Shown piece after piece: positions 12,306 through 23,387 of a stretch of DNA of 40,183 bases. The notes under the pieces were generated by a model. That model ran no database searches. It was not told the origin of the DNA and saw only the letters and a list, made by a program, of their open reading frames with translations. Each line of letters starts with the position of its first letter. Position 1 is the stretch's first letter. Source of the DNA: Octopus bimaculoides (Eukaryota); the NCBI RefSeq assembly GCF_001194135.2, contig NC_068983.1:51845133-51885315 (forward strand). The letters run 5' to 3'. Both the position numbers and the translations under genes were made by a program.

Positions 12306-12770
12306 AGGTGCAGACGTGGCTCTGTGGTTAAGTTAGTCACTTTCAATCACAAGCTCTAGGGTCCAGTCCTACATTTCATCATATTTATTAAGCATCATAT
12401 ATCATAGCACCAGGCCGACCAACCAAAGCTTTGTGAGTGAATTTGATAAATGGAAACTATAAAGAAGCCTGTCGTATATATAGGTATATATGTGTGTGTA
12501 TGTGTGAGTCTGTTTGTGCTTGTGTTTGCGTGTGTATATGTGTGTGTTTCTATTGGTCTTGTGTCTGTGTTGTGTTTATTCCCCATACTGCTTTACAGCG
12601 GGTTTTGTCTAAATGCCTATAACATAGCGGTTCGGAAAAAATAAACCAATAGAATAAGTACCAGGCTTAACCAATTAGTACAATGGTGGATTCCTCCAAC
12701 CAATACACTTTAAGAGGATGCCTTAGTATGGCCGCCGTCTATTGATCGAAACAACTAAGGAAAAATATAA
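12306..12770 (+). mobile_element. SINE family B (tRNA-like head, internal (TA)/(TG) microsatellite, 3' arm), diverged
   Basis: 'gtggctctgtggttaag...ccaaagctttgtgagtgaatttg...ggaaactataaagaagcctgtcgtatatat...gcggttcgg...atagaataagtacc' aligns by eye with the copies at 23388-24232 and 24933-26050. Confidence 0.8.
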
Positions 12771-12849
12771 TTGGTAAGTGACAACTGAGATGGCCCCTAT
12801 AAGGGTGATGCTAGAACTAACAGTAAAAATATCTAAGACTGCGGAGCAC

Positions 12850-13351
12850 ATTTTAAGGGCTTGTGATAATGTCCTCCAGACCATTTAATGTTTGAAAAAT
12901 ATGACAAGGGATTTCGAGGCTGGGTATCAAAATAACGAGACATGGAATAGAAATGGCGTATTAAAGGCAAGCGTGTTCAATGGTTGAGGTATATTTAACA
13001 AAGTACACTAAATAATAGCCAGAGAGCTACACTAATGTCCTAGATGTGAAATAGCGGCAAAGGTAATAGATGAATGCTTTTATGGAGGCCTGCCAAAAGT
13101 TAACGAGAAGGTTGGGCAAAGGCGGCTGCGGCTATCTGGTCACTGCGTGTGCCATGCTGTGCTGCAGCAATCCAAATTAGATATTTGGAACTCATTCCAT
13201 GGTGATGAAAGAAGAGGAAAAGTTCATCTGACATCGACTACTTGATTGCTGACACTGGCTTGGAATATATCCAGAACTTCGAGGCGGTGATGGTGGACCG
13301 AGAAATGTGGCAGTTATACTTTGTTACAGCCGCCCGGTTAGGAACCCGGAC

Positions 13352-13424
<73 letters not shown>
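12850..13424 (+). mobile_element. 5'-truncated, decayed RTE-clade-like LINE 3' end with (ATA)n tail at 13352-13424
   Basis: Frame from 13081 reads YGGLPKVNEKVGQRRLRLSGHCVCH...IWNSFHGDERRGK; after a frameshift IDYLIADTGLEYIQNFEAVMVDREMW. This is the typical RTE C-terminus (LYG.LP...RRLR.AGHC...W.P.HG.R.RG...D.L..DTGL...M.DR..W), followed directly by a trinucleotide tail. The 5' boundary is approximate. Confidence 0.85.
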
Positions 13425-13425
<1 letters not shown>

Positions 13426-14317
13426 GTCATGCCTGATGATCTTCAATTTATTGGCTGCTATTTTTCAGTTGCTGTTGCTGCTATTGTTGCTGCTTCGGCT
13501 GTTTATGCAGGTGGATGTTAATTACTTTTCAGTCCTCAATGAGTGTTTATGATTATGAAAAAATATTCAAGCAATGGTATTCAACTCAGATAATATTCAA
13601 GCATAACAGATCCATCATCTTCTTACTACCTCCAGGTGATAGGCTGGAATTACTAAGGCACTGTGCTGTTATATCAATCAGTCGTCTAGAAAGGCCCATA
13701 GTCATAGATGCGTTGTAGTGGTTGATAAAAATTCCATTTGGTAAGATAAGGATTATTTTCTAATCTCGCATTTTTAAATTAAATAATTCGAATGGGTCTC
13801 TTCTGGGGCACGATCTTGAAGAGTTTTATTCGAACAGCTCATCTAAATTAGCTATGTTTCATTAATGTCTACTATTAATTATATCCTATTAATTTTGCCG
13901 AATGACTAAATCAAACCCTGAAGTCAAGCGTTGGCAGGAAAAACACAGACACAAACACACATATACATACACACACGCGCACACGTGCGCATGCGCATAC
14001 GCACACAGACACACACACGCACCCCCCCACACACACACACACACGTATTTGCGTCTACCAAATTTATTCATTTTACTAAACCGGACAATTGTCTAAATTT
14101 TCGCGCATCGATTTTAAACATGAAATAACACGCCTCAAAGCAAGCTGTCTCACAAGTCACGGAAATTGTTCTGAAGTTCTATCGATTCTAATTAAGCGTC
14201 ACTGTAGGCCGTGATAACATTTGAGATTCAGGGGATTTGACTCAAAATATGTGTTATGCATTTCAGTGAGGTATCACAATGTTGTTACATACATTTACGA
14301 ACACACATATATAACAA

Positions 14318-14358
<41 letters not shown>

Positions 14359-14392
14359 GCACAAGCACGCACACACGCACACGCACGCATAC

Positions 14393-14427
<35 letters not shown>

Positions 14428-15654
14428 TGGGAGAATGTACGAAAAAACAACAACAGACGAGGACAGGTGGTGTAAATAACAAAAGGATGTATTAGTATGA
14501 CGCTCGGGAATACGGAAAGTCTTTAACGTTTCGAGCTATGCTCTTCANNNNNNNNNNNNNNNNNNNNNNNNNNNNNNNNNNNNNNNNNNNNNNNNNNNNN
14601 NNNNNNNNNNNNNNNNNNNNNNNNNNNNNNNNNNNNNNNNNNNNNNNNNNNNNNNNNNNNNNNNNNNNNNNNNNNNNNNNNNNNNNNNNNNNNNNNNNNN
14701 NNNNNNNNNNNNNNNNNNNNNNNNNNNNNNNNNNNNNNNNNNNNNNNNNNNNNNNNNNNNNNNNNNNNNNNNNNNNNNNNNNNNNNNNNNNNNNNNNNNN
14801 NNNNNNNNNNNNNNNNNNNNNNNNNNNNNNNNNNNNNNNNNNNNNNNNNNNNNNNNNNNNNNNNNNNNNNNNNNNNNNNNNNNNNNNNNNNNNNNNNNNN
14901 NNNNNNNNNNNNNNNNNNNNNNNNNNNNNNNNNNNNNNNNNNNNNNNNNNNNNNNNNNNNNNNNNNNNNNNNNNNNNNNNNNNNNNNNNNNNNNNNNNNN
15001 NNNNNNNNNNNNNNNNNNNNNNNNNNNNNNNNNNNNNNNNNNNNNNNNNNNNNNNNNNNNNNNNNNNNNNNNNNNNNNNNNNNNNNNNNNNNNNNNNNNN
15101 NNNNNNNNNNNNNNNNNNNNNNNNNNNNNNNNNNNNNNNNNNNNNNNNNNNNNNNNATATATATATGATGTACGTATGCATTTGTCAGAAGAAATACGCT
15201 GGTATTTAACTTACCTAATGTTCGTTTATTTCTCACCACTACATAACGATGAAAACATTGCATATATATAAATATATATTTGTATATGCGCGTATATACA
15301 TATATACATACATACATACTTACATTCATACATACATACATATTGCATAAAGTCAATAGCGGTAGATACGACTCTGTAAGTGTCCATGAGAGTATCATGA
15401 ATTAAACTCATTTCCTTCGTAAAAAGCCATTGCTTTAAGTAAATTATCAACTTATATTTGGAATTACAAGAAATGATTTGAATACTATATTCAAAACTGG
15501 AACTATTTAGAATGCGATTATTTACGAAAATAATTTTCAGAAAAATCAATTCTAATTGCAATTTTGCAGGAAATATTTAGCTAGTTTCTATCTATTTTCG
15601 AAACATTAGATTTTAAGTCTCGTTTTATTTGAAATTTGCTGAATAGCATCCATT

Positions 15655-15771
15655 ATACGTGTGTTTGTGTATTGTGTGTGTCTATGTGTGTATGTGTGCG
15701 TGTTTTTGTTTGTGTGTGCATGTGTGTGCCTGCTTGTGAGTGTGTGTGTATCTGTGTTTGTGCGTGTGTTT

Positions 15772-15868
<97 letters not shown>

Positions 15869-15995
15869 GTGTGTGTGTGTGTGTATCTGTGTGTGTATGT
15901 ATTTGTATGTGTGTGTGTGAGTGTTTGTGTGTGTACCTTTGTGTACCTCTGTATGTGTGTGCCTGCGTGCGTGTGTGTATTTGTGTGTGTGTGTT
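15655..15995. repeat. Degenerate (TG)n/(TA)n microsatellite block. Similar CA/TG/TA blocks at about 13945-14045, 14318-14428, 24348-24490, 26660-26735, 31795-31925, 34154-34248, 34975-35093, 39251-39316
   Basis: Read directly from the sequence. Confidence 0.95.
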
Positions 15996-16246
15996 TTAAC
16001 TTAACATTTATTAACAGCAATTATTCGATCATGGTTTTGTTTACATCCAGTGATATTATTAGAAATATGTTAGGTTCTCTTCTGCGGTAATAACTGATGT
16101 GGTTGTCAGTTCCTAGGCGCTAATATCTTTTTTTGTGGCATAAATAAACGAGTAAATGATATTTATGTTTTCTTGTTGCCACATAGTAAATTACACTTAA
16201 CAATTTCGAATTTTATAAACTGATGAGTGAATTTTATAGATACATA

Positions 16247-16442
16247 GGTTCAGACGTAGCCGTGTGGTAATATGTTTTTTTCTTAACCACATGGGTCTCG
16301 GTTCAGTTCCATTAAGTGGCAACTTGGACGAGTGTCTTCTACTATAGCTCCGAATCGTCTAAATCCTTGTCGGTGGATCTGGTTGAAGGAAACTGGAAGA
16401 AGCCCTCACTATATGTGAGTGTTTGTGTATCTGTGTGTGTGT
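16247..16442 (+). mobile_element. SINE family B 5' half
   Basis: 'gtagccgtgtggtaa...aaccacatgggtctcggttcagttcc...gtgtcttctactatagc...ggaaactggaagaagccc' followed by TG repeat. Confidence 0.8.
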
Positions 16443-16745
16443 AACATAAAATATTTCATAAGAAATGTCCATATGCTTCGCTTTTACTTGTAAAAATGTG
16501 ACTACATATTGAGTACTTAGCAATTCTAAAGAGTAGAAATATAAAATAATACATTTTGTATATTCTATAATTTCGTTGACACGCACATTTTTTCTTTATA
16601 TTACATATATTTTGAAACACACCTCTGTAAAAATTTGTAAAATAAATAAAATATCTCACTATTGTGTCGTTTAGAATGAAACATGAGACAGTTATATCAT
16701 ATTATATATGCTCGATATAAGACATGATATTATTATCAATGTCTA

Positions 16746-17023
16746 GCACTCCATCGTTTAGGACGACCGGGGTTCTAGTTGATCCAATGAACGGAACAGC
16801 CTGCTCGTGAAATTAACGTGCAAGTGGCTGAACACTCCTGTGTCACGCGTACCATTTACGCAGTTCTCAGGAATATTTATTTGTACAACTCACGTTCAGC
16901 TCATTTTTGCTAACTGAGTGGACTGGAGCAACGAAAGATAACATTTCTTGCGCAAGGATGCCATGCGTCACCGAGAATTGAACTCACAATCGTTAGCTGA
17001 ATACCCCTAACCACTAAGCTACG
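16746..17023 (-). mobile_element. SINE family C
   Basis: Reverse complement of the shared 3' tail ('ggttctagttgatcc..gaacagcctgctcgtgaaattaacgtgcaagtggctg') plus the head ('gaattgaactcacaat...taaccactaagctacg'). Confidence 0.85.
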
Positions 17024-18600
17024 AGATATCTTCACGCTGCTAATGTCTAATTCCGTAGTAAGTCTTCTTATCTTGTAGGGGCTTCTAGCTTTGAAATCAA
17101 CATTTCTATTACTATACAGTGGACTGCAATATGTTTATGGGCGGGATAATAAAGCACCAAACTAATTTAACTTGGAATAATTTCACTGAGACTTGTGAAT
17201 TCATAAATGTTTATCAACTCCTTAGTCTCTATTACTTGTGAAAATTTGTCTGAATATTTTCGTAGTCCACCGAGTGTATAATATTTCTTCTTTCATCTGA
17301 CCAGATATGCTTTTAATTAAATTACCAATTTGAAATTCATACATGTTTATCAATCCGTCGGTTTACGTTACTTCCCGCCCTGTAATCTTACTGAAAGCTA
17401 CTGTCAAGTTGTACCTGTTCGTATTCTATCGAACTAAGACCCAGCTTTGGTCCAACGCCTTTCAGAAATTGGATTTTAATGTTTTAACACCTTGAACGGA
17501 TGATATTTTTCTCTATATTATTAAAAAGGCATCATCTCATCGATTTTTATATTAGAATGGATGGGAGAAGGCAGTTCCGTGTATTTGAAGGCATGTTGTG
17601 GCATTTAAATGATTTCCAACACAAGCATGCTCGGATCTGCCCTTCCTCACGACTCTTATCCGAATGCCAATTCTATCTTGTTTAACTTTACCTCGCAAGC
17701 AATCCCGCTCACTACTTCAAATCTAGCTGTGTCGCGAATATATTTGCCTTACAATGGCAAGGGAAATATAATCGTTTTCGCTACGATATATTATTGTCAA
17801 ACAAAACTCATTTTTCTTGTAGAATTTTCAAATTCAGTCCAAATTCTGGTTCTAATATCATTTTAATTTATTGGGTTCTTTGTTCATATCCAATATATTT
17901 TAAAACTTTTCTTATTCCATATATATCCATATCCACATAATGTCTAGCCTCTCAAACTGTTTAACATCAATGTTTAACAACTTCCCATATCACAGCCCTC
18001 TTTGCCCTGCCAAAAACTTTCTGCACACTTCCAGATCTTTTCCTTGCTCGGCAGTGCATTCTTTTAGTCTTCATCTCAATTATGTTATTTACCGTTTGAT
18101 TGTTTAGACCGAAAATTCTGCCGTGCAAATTCGTCCATGCCATTGTTTCATTGCGTTCATTATTGCGTTTTATCAAATTAGAGCTTTATGTTTGTGAAAA
18201 GAAATTCATTTAGGTACCTGTAGAGAAAAGTGTGTCTAATTAGAAAATAACTAAAAAAAAAAAATCAATGGTTGAGCAGAATCATATTTTAGGTCACTAC
18301 ATAGACACACACATACACACATACATGCATACACACACAGATACGCCCTCACACAGACGTATAAGTATACATACGATATACATACTCACACACACATATA
18401 TTATTTAAAGTATTGAGTATCATATAAGTATGCACGCTGGTCAATTTTCAACAGATATATCCTCGATGTTATATAGCTCTGATACTAATGAACCAATAAC
18501 AACACGGAAGCCGCACTAATTATTAAGTCATTTATTATGGCATTGCAAAGTACTAATAGCAACACAATGACAAAAAAACACCTATGTCAAGTTTAATCAG

Positions 18601-18697
18601 ACTTTTCTTTCTTTTTTCTCCCTCTCTTTCTCTCTTTCTCTCTCTCTCTCTCTTTCTCTCTCTTTCTCCGTATCCCTCCCCCTCTCTCTCTCCCTTT
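18601..18697 (+). repeat. (CT)n-rich polypyrimidine tract
   Basis: Read directly from the sequence. Confidence 0.9.
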
Positions 18698-19048
18698 ATA
18701 ACCAGGATAATTCTTTGCTTTTATTAGACAGGAGTTCAAGTCAAAAGATTATTGTTAAATTAATTATATCTCAATTATATATAATTTAATGTCATAGCCT
18801 CTGATCAATCGAGGTAGACGGCCGAAATTAAATTCCGTATGTTTATATTTTTCTAATGTGTAGTGACCTAATCTCAGATATTCTAGTGCTGTGGCTAACC
18901 GTGATGATAATGCATTTCCTTGTTAATTTCAACTTTCGAGTAAGCGTCTAATTGTAAGTTGCTCAGTTGGGTCGGGTTCACAATGAATAAAGTGATTTGA
19001 TGTGATGATTCGGCAATCCAACACTCCAGTTACGGAATCTTCCATTAT

Positions 19049-19399
19049 TGGATAGAGACCGTGGTGCCTTGAATCTTTAGTATGACAATGGATACTAAAA
19101 TCTCTTGTATTGTTTTGACTCCCTGAAATTGCACCCCTTGTTACTTAAAGCAGCACTAAACTGAGATTTGTTCACTGAAGTAACAGTAAAGATTGATAGC
19201 AATTTATAGCGAGGATACTTCACTTCGTATTTACAGATTTAGTATTGCCAGAAAGGAGAACTAAAGGAGTTCTTTTGTAAAAGAATTGATGCATCCAGGA
19301 GTCTGTGCTATTGAGATTAAATTGCAAGATATGTCAGCTTTCACTCTTGCGAGATTAATTTGGGTTTTCTGATTTGTGAAAAAAAACCCAGCTTAACAT
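19049..19399 (+). repeat. Copy 1 of a ~350-bp diverged direct duplication
   Basis: Collinear with 20141-20482 from 'tggataga.accgtggtgccttgaatctttag.atgacaatggatactaa' to 'tctgatttgtga...agcttaacat'. Confidence 0.9.
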
Positions 19400-19680
19400 G
19401 CTGAAATATGGAGGAGTATTACGATAGTCCCAAGTGGCTAGCTAGCATGACGGAAAACAATGTTTAATGTCATATATTTCGGCTTTTACATTGTAAGTTC
19501 CAATCATATGAAGCTCAACTTTGTAGTTCATACCTTCGAGTTTAATAAAATAAAGTATCGGTCAACTAATGGGTTTCATTTGTGCCCCGTTTCCGAAAAA
19601 AACAAAACCATTACAGTTCGCCTAAGACCCTGCTATGGACCTGCGTTCATTCCAGGCGGGATGTGATCTCGTTCACTTAC

Positions 19681-19720
19681 ACGCCACAGAAAGGAGTAAC
19701 CTATTACATGAGTACTAGAA
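19681..19720 (-). CDS. Candidate 40-nt internal exon (x)SSTHVIGYSFLWR, phase 2 in / 0 out
   Basis: Near-consensus acceptor 'gtattttttcttcag|' and donor '|gtaagtg'; only one frame is open. Confidence 0.35.
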
Positions 19721-19782
19721 CTGAAGAAAAAATACGATAGGAGTTATGTCTGCGTGATAAAATTAACGATCGAGTACAAATC

Positions 19783-19990
19783 GGTGAGCTGGCAGAATCA
19801 CTAGCATGCCGGACAAAATGCTTAGTAGCATTCCGTTTATCTTAATATTCTGAGTTCAAATTCAGCCGAGGTTGACTTTGCTTTCGTCGTACGGTCTTGA
19901 TGAAATAAGTATTAGCTGAGCATTGAGGTCGATTTAATCGACTTTCCCATTCCACCGAAATTCTGGCCTCGTCTCAGAATTTGAAACTAA
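19783..19990 (+). mobile_element. SINE family A, diverged
   Basis: 'ggtgagctggcagaatc' (A-box-like), 'ctgagttcaaattc' (B-box-like), 'gaggtcgatttaatcgact'. Confidence 0.85.
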
Positions 19991-20140
19991 TATTAGTGAT
20001 CAGGTTTGATATTGTTAAACCTGTTCGTGAAAGAATACTATCTGTGTGCGCAGAATAGTATTGGCTAGTGGTATATTCCTTAACCTTGTGTCTGATTCCT
20101 GGAAGATCGGTAGCCTTAGAACTTGCACTCACATTGCGCA

Positions 20141-20482
20141 TGGATAGACACCGTGGTGCCTTGAATCTTTAGAATGACAATGGATACTAAGATCCCTTTT
20201 ATTTTTTTTTAACTCCCTGAAAAAATTGCACCTCTAGTTGTTTAAAGGCAGGAGAAAACTGAAGTTTGTTCACTGGAGTAACAATAACGATTGATAGCAT
20301 ATTATAGCGAGAATACTTCTCTTCATATTTACAGATTTAGTATAGCTCGAAAGTTCTTTTGTAAAAGAATGGATGCAGCCTGGAGACTGTGCTACTGAGA
20401 TTAAATTGAAACATAAGGCAGCTTTCATCATCATAGGATTCATTTGGGTCTTCTGATTTGTGAGAAAAAAATAGCTTAACAT
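20141..20482 (+). repeat. Copy 2 of the ~350-bp diverged direct duplication
   Basis: See copy 1 at 19049-19399. Confidence 0.9.
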
Positions 20483-20599
20483 TTTTAACAATTTTTAAAG
20501 GATAGTCATGAATAGAATAAATTAATATTAAGGAGTAGAACGTACGATTTCCTGTAATTCACACCACCCCAGGGTCTCAACACACAAAAGGAAAAAAGA

Positions 20600-20830
20600 A
20601 ACCTTACGCTGGAGGATGGCGAAGAATATGCGCTGGATTAGATACTTAGTTTCGCGGGGGTTGCCTTTGCGGAAGTATCACGTAAGGACTAGTAGGAGAT
20701 TTGGGGATCCGTTTTATACGTGTGGGCAGATTATGAAATAACTGAGTCTTTAGAGCAAATTCTAAGTTGATTTATTTGTGCAGTATTCTCATTGACGTGG
20801 AAACATTGTTGGTTGGCGTGGCGTGATGGT
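20600..20830. promoter_or_regulatory. CpG-enriched, GC-rich patch; candidate promoter or first exon, with a minus-strand donor at 20602-20607
   Basis: Locally many CpGs in non-TE sequence, a minus-strand CAGC|gtaagg donor, and a TGACGT (CRE-like) motif near 20793. Function is inferred. Confidence 0.3.
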
Positions 20831-20937
20831 TTTTGTTCTAATTTAATTAAGTGAGACTGATGTTTGTAGAGGTGTTGTTAGACAAAAATTGTGAATGAAA
20901 GGAGAAACAGTGATTACTTCTTTCTGGTAGAGATGGC

Positions 20938-21002
<65 letters not shown>
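20938..21002 (+). repeat. (AGT)n microsatellite followed by GAC/GAT/AAT low-complexity sequence to ~21135
   Basis: Read directly from the sequence. Confidence 0.95.
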
Positions 21003-21402
21003 ATGACGACGACTACGATGGTGCTGTTCACGCTGCTCTTCACGATAGTGGTAATCTTTGTAGTGCGGTGTTGATGAAGACGATGAAGCGAACAACAGTA
21101 ATAATAATGACGACGACGAAGATGATGATGAAGTATAACGTTCGATAGCTTTAGTGGTTGATGCTGTGACTGCAGTGACATGACAATGAACTGTTCTGGT
21201 GATAGAGGAATAAACAATAACACAGTCCTGCAGTCAGCACTAAACAATGGCTATCGTGTCTGTTCATTTTTTTATGATATTACCATCTTTATTTCTTTTT
21301 TTTTTCTCCTAGTTTATTTCTAAAAGTAAAAGAGTTTCGAAATCTGTTTTTGTTCTTCTGTTTTAAGTTTATGTATTTATTTTAATTTACATGTTTTGTG
21401 TA

Positions 21403-21481
21403 TTTCCAGGTGGCTGCAATGGCGTAGCCACCGGCGACATGAGTGTTATATTCACCGATACGCCATTGCATCCACTGGAGA
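21403..21481 (+). ncRNA. Candidate pre-miRNA-like or structured RNA hairpin; strand not determined
   Basis: 21410-21426 (gtggctgcaatggcgta) pairs with 21459-21475 (tacgccattgcatccac) at 16/17 bp; the stem extends outward (tttcca/tggaga) and imperfectly inward. No known miRNA recognised. Confidence 0.35.
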
Positions 21482-21570
21482 TTACACAAAGCGTATACAC
21501 TAGTTTTTAATAATATCTGTATTTGATAATATTTAATATAGTGGAACTGCTTTTAATCTAGAATGCGCAG
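21410..21570 (+). other. Candidate non-coding (5'UTR or lncRNA) exon, possibly ending in ATG CGC AG
   Basis: T-rich intron end 'atgttttgtgtatttccag|G' and consensus donor 'GCAG|gtaagg'; all three frames contain stops; ATG at 21563. Confidence 0.35.
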
Positions 21571-22014
21571 GTAAGGATACACTACACACCATAGAAAGAC
21601 AGGATGGAACAAAAATAAAAGATGACACGTGGGATGGAGAGTACAGAAGAAATCAATGGATGTGACGAAAGATTTCCAGATAAAGGACAAAAATAAGAAC
21701 AATAATAACTCTGAAGTGAAGAACGAATATATAGTGCATGTGTTTATTTGGCGGAAAAAATGGCCACCACACATAATATATATATGTATGTATATATATA
21801 TATATATATATNNNNNNNNNNNNNNNNNNNNNNNNNNNNNNNNNNNNNNNNNNNNNNNNNNNNNNNNNNNNNNNNNNNNNNNCGATCTGTTTATTTTTGT
21901 CTTCCTCATCAACTATCGAACTGCATGGCAGCTTTCGCCACAATGACATTGAATCATGATATACGCGTGTATCCCTTACTTGAGTGATACCAAACCTGAT
22001 GTTCCCTACAATAT

Positions 22015-22222
22015 CCTTCTCTACTCTAGGTACAAGGCCCGAAATGTTTAGGGTGGAGTCCGCTCGATTAGATCGATCCCAGTACGCCACAGGCATTTCT
22101 TTTATTAACCCCGAAAGGATGAAAGGCAAAATTAACCTCGGTGAACTTAAAACGTTAAGACAAACGAAATACCGCTTAGTATTTCGCCCGGCGCGCTAAC
22201 GTTTCTGCCAGCTCTCCGTCTT
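22015..22222 (-). mobile_element. SINE family A, near full length, with probable 13-bp TSD
   Basis: Clear family match; flanked by ttccctacaatat (22002-22014) and ttccatacaatat (22223-22235), one mismatch. Confidence 0.9.
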
Positions 22223-22384
22223 TTCCATACAATATTAATATTCACTCCCGCGTAGTGAAACGCTTGCATTGTATATAAATAGATAATAACCATAACTAAA
22301 TAACCAATTTGTTAAATTCAACCCAAATGCAAACGGTGATATCAAGTATGTAAAATATAAAAAATAATAGGGTAACGATGTTGC

Positions 22385-22657
22385 CAAAAGAAGTAAATTA
22401 TCGATCTCAGAACTTCATTTCTAAGCCTGGTACTTATTTACTAGGGTTTTTTGCCAGACCGACAAGTTACGGGGAAGAAAATACACCGACACCGGTTGTC
22501 AAGCAGTGATGGTGGAGTGGTCAAAGAGGTTCAAAGACACACATGTATATGGATATATATGTATATATTTATATTCAAATATGACGGGATTCATTCGTTG
22601 TCCATCGTCCAAATCCACTCACAAGTCTTTGGTGGCCCGAGGCTATAACAGAAAACT
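22385..22657 (-). mobile_element. SINE family B lacking its head
   Basis: 'aagcctggtacttatt...aagttacggggaag...ccggttgtcaagc...ccaaatccactcacaag...ggcccgaggctata' is the reverse complement of the B body. Confidence 0.85.
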
Positions 22658-23387
22658 GTATCAAAAAGGAACCCCGGAGAGGGAATGTACTGTATGCTTG
22701 GAAAGCAAACGTCTTATCGCACAGCCGTGTAAATGTATCTAATGGTTGTATTTTGGTGATAGAACACCTTGAATGAATTTAGAGATTCTCTAATGTACAT
22801 TAGTGGTTTTAAATGAATTTCTTTAACTTGTATCACAACTTGAACACCACTTTTGTATTCAACACGAATATTTTTCTGATCTATATGCTATCAACAACTG
22901 TGAGGACGCTAACAAAACCTATCCTTATAAATACAAACTGAAGACTTATAAGTATTCTAATGGCAATTTTCTATGTCTGTGAAAGCTTCGTCAGCGTTGC
23001 CATTCAGAATCATGAGTCGAACACCATCAGCTATTGTGAATGATATTCTGAAAATAAATGATAAAGGTTAGTTAATGATATAAATGTTACTTAATATGAA
23101 GACAATCTTAATTCGTGTAATACTATTCGGAGAAGGCTTTTACTGGATTCTAGAAAAAGAAGTAATGATTTTTTTTTTCTTTCGAGTTTTACCTAAGATA
23201 ATTTTGGTTACCATTGACATTTGTGTAGAACGCAAGGATTCATTACTTCAATCAGCATCATCTTAGCAGTAAAACTTCCGTTGAGGTTTATGTGAACGAA
23301 TTAATTCAAAGTGTACCTAATTGATAATGAAGCTATCATGAACCGTGAATACATACAAAGATATGCATACATTTATGTTTATATATA

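Noticed and set aside
15215-15238. 24-nt symmetric minus-strand microexon candidate (VRNKRTL) with TAG|gtaagt
   Set aside because: Too short to distinguish from chance and lies beside a gap; could be revisited with RNA-seq.
17967-18217. Strong minus-strand acceptor at ~18218 and a 69-aa ORF
   Set aside because: All frames stop soon after the acceptor, the donor is weak, and there is no homology.
20843-21247. Poly-Y, poly-V and poly-L ORFs
   Set aside because: Products of the (AGT)n repeat.
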